A stretch of 31,237 nt of DNA. It comes from Leptospirales bacterium (lineage in GTDB: Bacteria; Spirochaetota; Leptospiria; Turneriellales; JAOUFE01). The position numbers were made by a program, and so were the translations under genes. Location: assembly GCA_040326155.1 (NCBI GenBank), contig JBEQLE010000051.1, forward strand, positions 1 to 31,237, in the 5' to 3' direction. This document shows positions 20,294 through 28,691 of the stretch, piece by piece. Numbering within the stretch: the stretch's first letter is position 1; the number at the start of each line of letters is the position of its first letter. The notes under the pieces were generated by a model that did no database searches, was not told where the DNA came from, and saw only the letters and a list, made by a program, of their open reading frames with translations.

Positions 20294-20640
20294 ATGAAGA
20301 TACTATTAGCATGCCCAGACAATGAAATCGGTCTTTCTCTGCCTTCAAAAGTTAGTTTGCCAAATTTACCCTGCGTATAATTGCCACATTGACACCTCTT
20401 GAACATAAAACTGTTATAGTCGAAGAGTATGCTGAACCAATAAATATTACTCCGGAGCAACTATATTACGAAACGACCAGAGTTAAAGTAGAATTTACAA
20501 GGTTTCCAAATATAGTCCGCCGCGCATGGGTAAACAGACGTCAACCACTATTGTACCTGCTTGTAAATACTGCATTTTACAGTATCCACAAAAGCGCAAT
20601 GAAGTACTGGATGGAGAGGTTCCCTGGAAAAACCTATTAA
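20294..20640 (+). pseudogene. Third B12-radical SAM paralogue, frameshifted and internally deleted
   Basis: SD GGAG plus ATG gives MKILLACP...PSKVSLPNLP, a 1-nt deletion near 20370, then (L)RIIATLTPLEH...EPIN joined directly to ITPEQLYYETTRVKVEFT...HKSAMKYW. These match the N- and C-termini of 15164-16474, with about 320 central codons missing. Confidence 0.9.
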
Positions 20641-21098
20641 AAGATATAGAACCGAACACCCACGCCGAAATCGACGTCCAGTCCCAGACCGGGTAAAATA
20701 GCGAGCCCAGGGGCCACTTCAGCAAATATCTCGACTTTTGGAACAGGGAACCATTGCAGTCCAATTGGTACTCGGGCACCTACGCCAAACCAGGAGTTTG
20801 AACCGGCACCGTACTGAACAGAAGCTCCAATTCCAAGAAACCAGAAAAAGTTTTTTCCGCCAAGGGGTTTATTGATAATCCAATAGTCGACATTTAGGTC
20901 AAAACTACCACTGCTACCACCGCCCCACCCCAGGTCATAACCCAGTTCGATTACCGGAAAGTTATTGAACTTCAGTGTTATACCGTTTGGGTCTCCCCCC
21001 ATAACACCGATGCCGGTTTTTGCGCTGAGCACAGGGGTCCATAACAAAGCTGTTGTTACTGCTAAAACTTGAAAAAATGCTAAAATCTTTTTGTTCAT
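20637..21098 (-). CDS. Small outer-membrane beta-barrel protein (DUF3996-like)
   Basis: Start MNKKILAFF with SD AGGAAG; signal peptide; G.GV..GDP.G.TLK; GARVPIGL; EIFAEVAPG; C-terminal GVRFYIF beta-signal. Confidence 0.75.
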   Translation of the reverse strand: MNKKILAFFQVLAVTTALLWTPVLSAKTGIGVMGGDPNGITLKFNNFPVIELGYDLGWGGGSSGSFDLNVDYWIINKPLGGKNFFWFLGIGASVQYGAGSNSWFGVGARVPIGLQWFPVPKVEIFAEVAPGLAILPGLGLDVDFGVGVRFYIF

Positions 21099-21256
21099 AT
21101 ATTGCTTCCTTGATATAGTGATAAATACATTCTGAGCACGACGTGAACTCAAGGACATTCTAGTTTAATTCAAGTCAGTTTGGCAAGACAAAAAGTCAGA
21201 GCGAGGGGGGGACAGATATGCTTTCTCTTTGTTGACGTCTTATCGTTCAAAGTTGA

Positions 21257-22201
21257 ATGAACCGTATAATGTCAGAACCGAAGGAAAATATTTGCTATTT
21301 TAAGGGTGAGTATACCGCTCTTAAAAATGCCAATATTAATATTCAAACCCACGCTCTACAGTATGGTACGGCTTGCTTTGGTGGCATCCGGGGTTACTGG
21401 AACGAAGAGCATAACAATATCTATATCTTTCGAATTGAGGATCATTACCGCAGGTTGAAAGAGTCGGCGAGTATTCTTTGTATGGAGTTCCCCTACTCAC
21501 TCGAAAAATTCACGGGAATTATTAAAAATATATTAGGCAAAAGCGAATGGAAACAAAATATCTATTTGCGACCGGTAATTTATAAGTCAGATCTCGATAT
21601 TTCGCCGAGATTACACAACGTTGGTGACTCCTTTTTTGTGTATGCGATTGCGCTCGACGACTACCTTGATACCCAGAAAGGACTCAATGTTTGCGTCTCT
21701 TCGTGGGTTCGAATTCATGAGACCCAGATACCCACCCGGGCCAAGGCCAGCGGGGGGTATATTAACTCGGCTCTTGCGAAATCAGAAGCCATGCAGCAAG
21801 GTTATGACGAAGCTATTTTATTCGATATTAACGGAAATATTTCGGAAGGTTCTGCCTCGAATATTTTCTTTGTGCGAAATGGGACGCTGCATACCCCCGA
21901 TTTAAGTTCTTCAATTCTGGAAGGAATTACACGACGGACCATTATGGAACTTGCCCGGGAGCTCGGGGTCGACGTTGTGGAAAGAAATGTTTCACGCTCG
22001 GAACTTTATACTGCGGACGAAGTTTTTTTTGCGGGAACCGGTGTTCAGGTCGCCTGGATAAAAAATATCGACAACCGGCAAATTGGCGATGGGCAAATCG
22101 GTCCACTGACTAAGAAGCTTCAGTCGCTGTTTTTTGAAATCGTGAAAGGACAAAAAGAAGAGTACAACCGGTGGCTTACTCCCGTCTACGATAAAAAATG
22201 A
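21257..22201 (+). CDS. ilvE: Branched-chain amino acid aminotransferase (class IV PLP)
   Basis: HALQYGTACFGGIRGY, IFRIEDH, YLRP, catalytic K in AKASGGYINS, GYDEA, EGSASN, ILEGITR, ADEVFFAGT. Confidence 0.93.
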   Translation: MNRIMSEPKENICYFKGEYTALKNANINIQTHALQYGTACFGGIRGYWNEEHNNIYIFRIEDHYRRLKESASILCMEFPYSLEKFTGIIKNILGKSEWKQNIYLRPVIYKSDLDISPRLHNVGDSFFVYAIALDDYLDTQKGLNVCVSSWVRIHETQIPTRAKASGGYINSALAKSEAMQQGYDEAILFDINGNISEGSASNIFFVRNGTLHTPDLSSSILEGITRRTIMELARELGVDVVERNVSRSELYTADEVFFAGTGVQVAWIKNIDNRQIGDGQIGPLTKKLQSLFFEIVKGQKEEYNRWLTPVYDKK

Positions 22202-23193
22202 AACTCGATTTAAACGAACTGTCGAAAAGTCAATTTCAACTTTTTAAAAAAGAAGGCTGGCCCTCTGCGATCCTTTTTACGGGGCAACAGACAAAGTCAA
22301 AACATGCAACCATAATGGAACATACTCTGGACTCCCTTTTTGAAGCCCAGCACAACGTAGAAGGTAAAAGCGAGCGAACCAGAGAAAACATTAAAAAACT
22401 GGCCGAAGAAGGCCAACACCCCGACTTTTATATTTTTCCACGGCAACGAATTAAAATTGGTACTGGTTCAAAACCAGACCCTGGTACCATTCGTCACCTG
22501 CTCGACCACGTTCTTATTTATGCCCCCCGCATGGGTTCTACCCGGTTTATCTATTTCGAAGACGCTTCCTATATTAACGATGAGGCCGAGTCGGCCCTGT
22601 TAAAAAGCCTGGAAGAGCCTCCTCCCAATACCCACTTTATTCTTTCAGTCTGGGAACCTGGTCTGTTAAAAGAAACTATTGTTTCAAGATCGCGTATTGT
22701 TCCAGTTGAGTTTCAATTTGACCCTTCGATGGTTCCAAATGACCCTTGGGAAAGATTCTGGTTTTTAAGTAAGTGGAATGATACCGAAGAATACGATTTT
22801 ATGGCACAAAATGGCTGGGTGGAATATCTAAAAACCCAGTATGACTTATTGAATTTTTCAACGCCAGATTATATTCCGCTTGAAAATATCGGATGGACCG
22901 AGTTTACAAAAACTTTTAAAAAAGAGAGCGTCGATCGGCAAACCGTGTTTATGAAACTTACTTTTTTACCGCTTTACTTTTCTATTCGCGATCGGCTTAT
23001 TGACGGCAAAGGTCCGTCTGTCGGTCCTCTTAATTTTCCAGAAATGGATAAGCGAAGGTTGCTCTATCTTTCTCATCTTCTCGAAAGTTTTTTTCAAAGA
23101 TTGCAAACCCGGTATTTTGGAACGCGCTCTCCGGCCATTCAGATTTTGTTTTTTTCTTTTTTGTCGGCCTTTATGGATAAATGGCCCAGGTAG
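22198..23193 (+). CDS. holB: Divergent DNA polymerase III delta-prime-like clamp-loader subunit
   Basis: AILFTG, HPDF, AESALLKSLEEPP..THFIL, TIVSR; ATGA coupling to ilvE; Walker A is degenerate. Confidence 0.65.
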   Translation: MKLDLNELSKSQFQLFKKEGWPSAILFTGQQTKSKHATIMEHTLDSLFEAQHNVEGKSERTRENIKKLAEEGQHPDFYIFPRQRIKIGTGSKPDPGTIRHLLDHVLIYAPRMGSTRFIYFEDASYINDEAESALLKSLEEPPPNTHFILSVWEPGLLKETIVSRSRIVPVEFQFDPSMVPNDPWERFWFLSKWNDTEEYDFMAQNGWVEYLKTQYDLLNFSTPDYIPLENIGWTEFTKTFKKESVDRQTVFMKLTFLPLYFSIRDRLIDGKGPSVGPLNFPEMDKRRLLYLSHLLESFFQRLQTRYFGTRSPAIQILFFSFLSAFMDKWPR

Positions 23194-23243
23194 AGGGTTT
23201 TACGGCTCCAGCGTTGTGAAATTACACTATGGTAAAAAAACCT

Positions 23244-23261
23244 GGTGGGGAATTTCAGACC
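23244..23261 (+). repeat. Dispersed 18-mer, copy 2 (between convergent holB-like and GH5 genes)
   Basis: Exact GGTGGGGAATTTCAGACC. Confidence 0.9.
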
Positions 23262-23276
23262 TGTAGCATCTTAAGA

Positions 23277-25064
23277 TCAATAATTTGCTATAAACCAGTC
23301 GCTTAAAGTTGTATTTTTAAACAAAGGATCTGGAAAATTCGCCCCTCCAGAGCTGTAGTAAATACCAAAAGCTGAGTTGTGATAGTTGTAATACTGCCGA
23401 TTCAATTTGTGTGTATCCATTAAAGTGTTAAAATCGGCAACCCAGGTCAGCCCCCCTTTGGTCGAAAAAGGGTTGAATAACTTATAAGAGAGCCCATACT
23501 CACCCACATTCATGGGAACATTGTTGTCTATGCCAAACTGTAGACCATAGAATAAAAGTTCCGCCTCTAAATAAGCTGAGTCAAAGTCTGCCCCGTTACG
23601 AGTATTAATCAGTGCGCTGGTATCAGGGTAGTTGCCATAAGTCGTCTGAACACCATCAGTATAGTCCAGGTTACCATAAACAGCCAATAACTGTATACAA
23701 TAACTCCAGTAAGGGTAATGGTGCGAGTCATACATTACATTGGCATCATCTAAAACTGTAAAAATAAAATCAACACCCCCTGTTATTAAACCAGACTCCA
23801 TAATAATCAGATGGTTAGCGTCAACGACTCGAATGGCGTCGATCATTTTCTGACTCAAAACATTCCAGGCCGCACTTGTCGGCGTTCCGGGTTCGTTAAT
23901 CAGGTCATAACCTGCAATTGTATCTTCGTCTTTATAGCGATTTGCAATAGCCACCCATAAGGCGGTAAGACGTTTTTGGTTTTTACTGCCTACCGTCCAG
24001 AAATTGGCATTCGCATTGTTATCCCAGCTTTGGTAACCACCCTGGGGAGAATGCATATCGAGTATTAAATACAAACCGTTTTTTTTCGCCCATATAATGT
24101 TTTTCTCAAGCCAGTTCCAACCCGACTGTTTATAATAGTAAGGATTCGAATTGTCTTCAAAATAGCGGGCGTCCATATTCAAACGCACCACATTCATTTT
24201 CATTGCTTTTACATCAGCGTACGACGCCTCATTAAAATTCTTGGAATTCATAATATCCTGCACCGGATCTGCGGGATCATCGGAATAGGCTGTAAAATTA
24301 ATTCCTTTTAAAATAATCGGGGTATTTGCTGCGGTAACAACCAGATCGCGTCCGGATGCTCGAATTATATTCAAAGGGTCGGTATTCTCAGTGCAATATT
24401 CAACCGGATCTTCAATGGAAAGATTATCTACATAAAAGTCAAACCCGGTGTCCGAACTGTTCACGAGTAGTTCTACTTTTTGAACCGGCTCGTTAAAAGT
24501 GTATGTATAAGTGCCATAAAATGTTTGCCACCCATCATTTCCCGAAATGGTCATTGTATCGATGCTTTTATACTTTGTTCCTGATGCGTCAACAATCGTT
24601 AGAATAAAATTCATCTGGTGTGATGTAACTTCGGCGGGGTCCAACTTTATATCGGCTGTTAATTCATACGAAACACCTTCTTGCACAGAAGCCGTAACAT
24701 TCTGGTAAATACCCCCCCACTGAGTGGCACGATTTGTAACGGCAGCTCCACCGGCTCCACCATTGTTTACACCGGATGCGGCCACAGTGGAGGATTGATA
24801 GGGCAACCAGTTGGTGGCTCCCGCTTCGAAATCACCGTTTACAACATTCTGAACCCGCAAGGTAGTATAAGGTTTCGCCACCGTACATGGAACGCTTGCT
24901 CCCGCATTGTTATCCCCTGAACTATCTGAACTATTACCGGATGACTTATTTGCGTTGTTACAGGAAAGGGTAAAACCGAATAAAAAAACGAAAACACACC
25001 CTTTAAAGAATGTTCTATATTTTATACTATTATTACTATAAACTTTGTTCTTTGTATTTGCCAT
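23277..25064 (-). CDS. Lipoprotein glycoside hydrolase family 5 with an N-terminal CBM4/9-like carbohydrate-binding module
   Basis: Lipobox FTLSC plus Ser/Asn linker; NGDFE...FYVDN (CBM); LKGIN, MNVVRL, ILDMH, YDLINEP (acid/base), H.Y, NVGEYG (nucleophile). Confidence 0.88.
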   Translation of the reverse strand: MANTKNKVYSNNSIKYRTFFKGCVFVFLFGFTLSCNNANKSSGNSSDSSGDNNAGASVPCTVAKPYTTLRVQNVVNGDFEAGATNWLPYQSSTVAASGVNNGGAGGAAVTNRATQWGGIYQNVTASVQEGVSYELTADIKLDPAEVTSHQMNFILTIVDASGTKYKSIDTMTISGNDGWQTFYGTYTYTFNEPVQKVELLVNSSDTGFDFYVDNLSIEDPVEYCTENTDPLNIIRASGRDLVVTAANTPIILKGINFTAYSDDPADPVQDIMNSKNFNEASYADVKAMKMNVVRLNMDARYFEDNSNPYYYKQSGWNWLEKNIIWAKKNGLYLILDMHSPQGGYQSWDNNANANFWTVGSKNQKRLTALWVAIANRYKDEDTIAGYDLINEPGTPTSAAWNVLSQKMIDAIRVVDANHLIIMESGLITGGVDFIFTVLDDANVMYDSHHYPYWSYCIQLLAVYGNLDYTDGVQTTYGNYPDTSALINTRNGADFDSAYLEAELLFYGLQFGIDNNVPMNVGEYGLSYKLFNPFSTKGGLTWVADFNTLMDTHKLNRQYYNYHNSAFGIYYSSGGANFPDPLFKNTTLSDWFIANY

Positions 25065-25227
25065 TACATTCCAAAAAATTATACGTTAATATAAGACGAT
25101 CTAATTTATAATTTACCATAATAAAAAAAATAATCCATAAAAAACCTAATTATCAGGTCTCGCCATATGCGGTGAAAAGGTCTTCAGGAAATGAGGTTGG
25201 TAATAATTTTCGGGAATACAGAAATTT

Positions 25228-26013
25228 TTACTGGTAAATGAGGCCGTATCGTACAACATAAACAGCTGGAATCAGTATCATAAAAAGTTTTAACAGATAA
25301 GGGTCTTTTTTTCGCCAAAGCCAGTCGGTATATCCAGAAAGTAAAGCGCCTGCAACGGCTATGACTCCCCCGAAAAAATAGTTGAAATTTTGAATATAAG
25401 CCAGATAACCCAGAGAAGCAACTACGCAAAAATCAAGAATATCCCAAGCGGAGGGTTTTTCGAATAGGTCTTCCAAAAAGTGAATAAATCTTTGATAGAC
25501 TTTTCCGGGAAAAGACACAATGCCTTGGAAAATTCGTTTAATGGTTTGAACATCCTGGTTTTTCTGACGTGTTATTTTCCCCAGAAATTCAGTAAGTATG
25601 CCATATTTTCCGTCAATTAATCGAAGTATTTTTGTGTCGGGTATTGAACTTAGTTCATTGCTGAGAAAACAAAACTCGTCGCCAATACTGGTTTCTAGAT
25701 TGCCCAGCATATCTTTTTCTTCGATAACGATTCCATTTATAATGGAACTTTGAACGATGTTCCCGTTAGCCGATTCCACATATAAGCGAACTTTTTTACG
25801 GTCCTTATTTGCTTCGACTTTTATTCGGTTTCCGTCGGTATACAGAATATACACTTCGGGGAATTCCCCATCGCGCCCTTTAATATATTTCCAATGATAA
25901 TGCATCTTACTAGTAAAATTATCGGTAATATCGGAAAAATATTGAGTACGTTTCTCGTCCAAAGCAACATCTAAGAGATTTATTTTGCGGGGAAAAGGTG
26001 AAAAATTACCCAC
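25228..26013 (-). CDS. Hypothetical protein with C-terminal transmembrane helices; start uncertain
   Basis: 261-aa ORF with a hydrophobic C-terminus. The listed GTG start lies inside a variant of the dispersed repeat, so the real start may be downstream. Confidence 0.65.
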   Translation of the reverse strand: MGNFSPFPRKINLLDVALDEKRTQYFSDITDNFTSKMHYHWKYIKGRDGEFPEVYILYTDGNRIKVEANKDRKKVRLYVESANGNIVQSSIINGIVIEEKDMLGNLETSIGDEFCFLSNELSSIPDTKILRLIDGKYGILTEFLGKITRQKNQDVQTIKRIFQGIVSFPGKVYQRFIHFLEDLFEKPSAWDILDFCVVASLGYLAYIQNFNYFFGGVIAVAGALLSGYTDWLWRKKDPYLLKLFMILIPAVYVVRYGLIYQ

Positions 26014-26056
26014 CCCCTTACTATCTATTTTCCCCCCGCTCCGAATATGTTTTATA

Positions 26057-26142
26057 GGGAAATCGCCAGGCAGGAATTTACGGTGGGGAATTTCAGACCA
26101 ACTGTAAACCAGAACAACCAGCTACAAAGAATTCTTCGTCAG
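26057..26142 (+). repeat. Left composite direct repeat: ~60-bp imperfect copy of 28692-28758 (contains 18-mer copy 3) fused to an exact 26-bp copy of the rlmB 3' end
   Basis: ACCAGCTACAAAGAATTCTTCGTCAG at 26117-26142 equals 28946-28971; GGGAAATC.CCAGGCAGGAAT.TA.GGTGGGGAATTTCAGACCAA is shared with the sequence from 28692. Confidence 0.9.
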
Positions 26143-26291
26143 GGCGCAGTAGAATAAAATCTGTTATCGCCAGTAAACGCTACTTAAATCAAACGCTTAT
26201 GAGGCAGGAACGCCGAAGAAGTTTCAATAAAACCTTGCGATAGCAATCCACTAAATCTTTTGTTATTTTCTCCATTAGTGAATAATTCAAT

Positions 26292-26873
26292 TCATGGAAC
26301 CAATAATATATGATCCCATCGGTTATTTGCACGATCCCAATTATAGACATCATTTATGGCAAAATCACCTTCTATGACTGAATAAAACGATATTCGATCA
26401 ATACTGGCAAACTTAAATCCAATGAAGCTCTTTGGTCTAATTTTTAAATCACCTGGATTAATATTATCTCTTTTTTTTCTTAGGTCATTTAAAGACGAAA
26501 TGCTGGAACCAGATTTCGAACCAAATATGATATAATGCTTTCTAAAGTCATCATCATGTTTGAGCCAATCGTTATCTAATTCTGCAGATGCCAGTTCGGA
26601 TAGTGTCCCTTCAAAACTGATCGATCGAACGGTATTTTGAAAAGAATATGTCAGACTTGCCCTATTGGAAAATTTAATATCCGCAACTTTTCTTGATGAT
26701 GGTGATGTGAAAAACTTAGGTATATTTTTCTCATCAAGCATGGTCCCAACAACCCTGGACCTAGGAGTTCCATTTTTAGAAATAGTAGAAAGAACGGCTC
26801 CTTGTGGAAAAATGTTTCCATTTCTCTTTTCCTCTTCAAGCCATTCGTTTAATTTCTCAAGTGGTAATTTCAT
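26292..26873 (-). CDS. Pyridoxamine 5'-phosphate oxidase family (PdxH-like, divergent) FMN-binding protein
   Basis: P......W, LSTI...G.P.SRVV, FFT...SRK, R.I..EG, RP..F.G, C-terminal W....L.P. Confidence 0.8.
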   Translation of the reverse strand: MKLPLEKLNEWLEEEKRNGNIFPQGAVLSTISKNGTPRSRVVGTMLDEKNIPKFFTSPSSRKVADIKFSNRASLTYSFQNTVRSISFEGTLSELASAELDNDWLKHDDDFRKHYIIFGSKSGSSISSLNDLRKKRDNINPGDLKIRPKSFIGFKFASIDRISFYSVIEGDFAINDVYNWDRANNRWDHILLVP

Positions 26874-26983
26874 TAAGTTGTATTGACAATGATTTCGGAA
26901 GGCTTTATAAGTAAATTAGAATTTTGAACTTATCTGACATTTTGGTTGAGCATCTACGAAAAAACATTTGATCTAATGTCTCT

Positions 26984-28189
26984 TTAAAAAGACGAGAAAC
27001 ATTTTTTCACTTCACCTTGGCCCACCAGGCCAGAAAAGATTCGGAAATTATTTAGTTTATATTGGATTCTTCCGGCAACAATAGCAGGGTGTACATTTTG
27101 ATTGGCAGCATAATTAATTAGTTCATGTTTTGATAGGTCGGTTTTAGTATGTAAGTCAAAATCTTCTGGCAATAAAGCTTTCTCAGCATAAATATCAGCT
27201 TCTTTCTCTTTATTGTTATCGGATTCAGAACCGCGTAATGACATGTCATCGACGATAAAGCCTCCGTTATCAAGGTGTAGTAAAATATGAGCAATTTCAT
27301 GCAATAAAGTAAACCAGAAATTGTCTACTCGATCATACCGTAACGTTAACCCGATTACAGGTCGGCCTTTATTGGTTTTAAACGCTGCGCCATCCAGAAA
27401 AGTGCTTTTGAGATGGGGAAGATACTTTAAAATGATTCCATAATTCGCTAGATACTCTATAGCTAGTTTTGGACCATTATGCATAGTGCTTAGGCCTACC
27501 AAACCTTTAAGAAAACTGTCGTTAATGTTTTTCGGTATAAAAGGTTTTATTTCTTTCGTGTGATTTGCTTCAGCTAATAAATGCAAACTCCAACCTTGAA
27601 GTGCGTAATAATCAATTCTAGCATTAATACGTGAAGAAGTAGTTTTTCTAAATAAACCATCGGGGATGGCATCAGGACCATCAATACGGTCTATTAAATA
27701 TCTAATCGCTTCCTCCGCTCGATCTTTCAGGTTATTAGTATTAAAAGAATGGAACGCTCCATTCTTTTGCATTTCAATTAACGGGAATTTTTCGAATTTT
27801 ATTTCTTTAAAATTTTCTAGACTATTATAACTATGTTCTTTTAACAATACTTCTGCTGATATTCCAAAGTGTTGATGTAACGCACGAATCATTTTTAAGG
27901 TTAACTCTCTTTTACCTGAAAGTATTTCTGAAACCTTTGATCTGCTTCCCATAAATGGAATTAAATCTTTTTGAGTTAGACCTTCTTGATCCATACGAAA
28001 TTTGATTGCCTCAATAGGGTCGGGAGCATTTATTGGATACTTCTCATTTTCAAATTTTTCAACTAGTATTGAAAGTATTTCTAGCTCGTCTTCTCGACCT
28101 TTGTTATTGTCAATAAGTATATTGATTCGATCGAGTGTCCGTTCATAATCTTTTTCATTATGAATTGGCTTAATTTTATAGTCCATCAT
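26984..28189 (-). CDS. higA: HigA-type antitoxin: Xre HTH fused to an ImmA/IrrE (DUF955) zinc metallopeptidase
   Basis: IKPI.NE.DY, PDPIEAIKFRMDQ.GL.QKDL...GSRSKVSEILSGKR.LT..MIRALH; RYDRVDNFWFTLLHEIAH; E.EAD; I.AGR. Confidence 0.88.
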   Translation of the reverse strand: MMDYKIKPIHNEKDYERTLDRINILIDNNKGREDELEILSILVEKFENEKYPINAPDPIEAIKFRMDQEGLTQKDLIPFMGSRSKVSEILSGKRELTLKMIRALHQHFGISAEVLLKEHSYNSLENFKEIKFEKFPLIEMQKNGAFHSFNTNNLKDRAEEAIRYLIDRIDGPDAIPDGLFRKTTSSRINARIDYYALQGWSLHLLAEANHTKEIKPFIPKNINDSFLKGLVGLSTMHNGPKLAIEYLANYGIILKYLPHLKSTFLDGAAFKTNKGRPVIGLTLRYDRVDNFWFTLLHEIAHILLHLDNGGFIVDDMSLRGSESDNNKEKEADIYAEKALLPEDFDLHTKTDLSKHELINYAANQNVHPAIVAGRIQYKLNNFRIFSGLVGQGEVKKCFSSF

Positions 28190-28479
28190 ACTTCCCCCAC
28201 TTTTATTTTGTCGTAACCTTTATGTGTGCCAACAAACCTTATATAGACAATACCTATTTTATACTCTATTTTTACTATAAGACGGTATTTATTTCCTCCT
28301 ATATTGAATACAATTCTATTATTACCAACGATGCTGGCTGTTTTATATTTATCTTTTACATCTTGTGGTTTTTGCCAAATTGCTTTACTCGCCTCTTGGT
28401 ACCAAGCTTCCAGAGGTCCTCTAGAGTCAGGATAAATTCTATAAAACTCCACTAATGTACGTTTAGCAATTACCCTCAT
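28186..28479 (-). CDS. higB: HigB family toxin (RelE-superfamily mRNase)
   Basis: MRVIAKRTL.EF...L.AWY......W..P, R.VFNIGGNKYRLI, IRFVGTH..YD; ATGA overlap with higA; toxin-first order. Confidence 0.92.
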   Translation of the reverse strand: MRVIAKRTLVEFYRIYPDSRGPLEAWYQEASKAIWQKPQDVKDKYKTASIVGNNRIVFNIGGNKYRLIVKIEYKIGIVYIRFVGTHKGYDKIKVGEV

Positions 28480-28491
28480 TCTTATATCGAC

Positions 28492-28542
28492 AATGTACTA
28501 TGTTCCCTATATGGTGTCAATAAAAAGTTCCCCTGTAGGGAA
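28492..28542 (-). promoter_or_regulatory. higBA promoter with putative autorepression operators
   Basis: Minus strand TTGACA(28520-28515)-17 nt-TACATT(28497-28492); palindrome TTCCC-N5-GGGAA at 28528-28542 and a partial copy at 28503-28517. Confidence 0.7.
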
Positions 28543-28691
28543 TATTATTTTTAGATTTAAAACCCAAAGAAGGATTGGGGAAATTACCAACAAACACCCT
28601 CCAAAAACAAAACGGAGACCAAAAACCTCCCCCTTTTATATCAATGTGGGGCCGTTTAAAGAAAGGAGATTGGCCACAAAGTTTTAAACTG

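Noticed and set aside
20389..20640. 83-aa ORF as an independent novel gene
   Set aside because: It is the post-frameshift part of the deleted rSAM paralogue that starts at 20294.
26053..26125. Cobalamin riboswitch (AGGGAA...GGTG...ACTGTAA...CCAGAA..ACC resemblance)
   Set aside because: Motif spacing and P5 pairing do not fit, it is antisense to the flanking genes, it is far from the B12 enzymes, and it is explained by the direct repeat. An Rfam scan would settle it.
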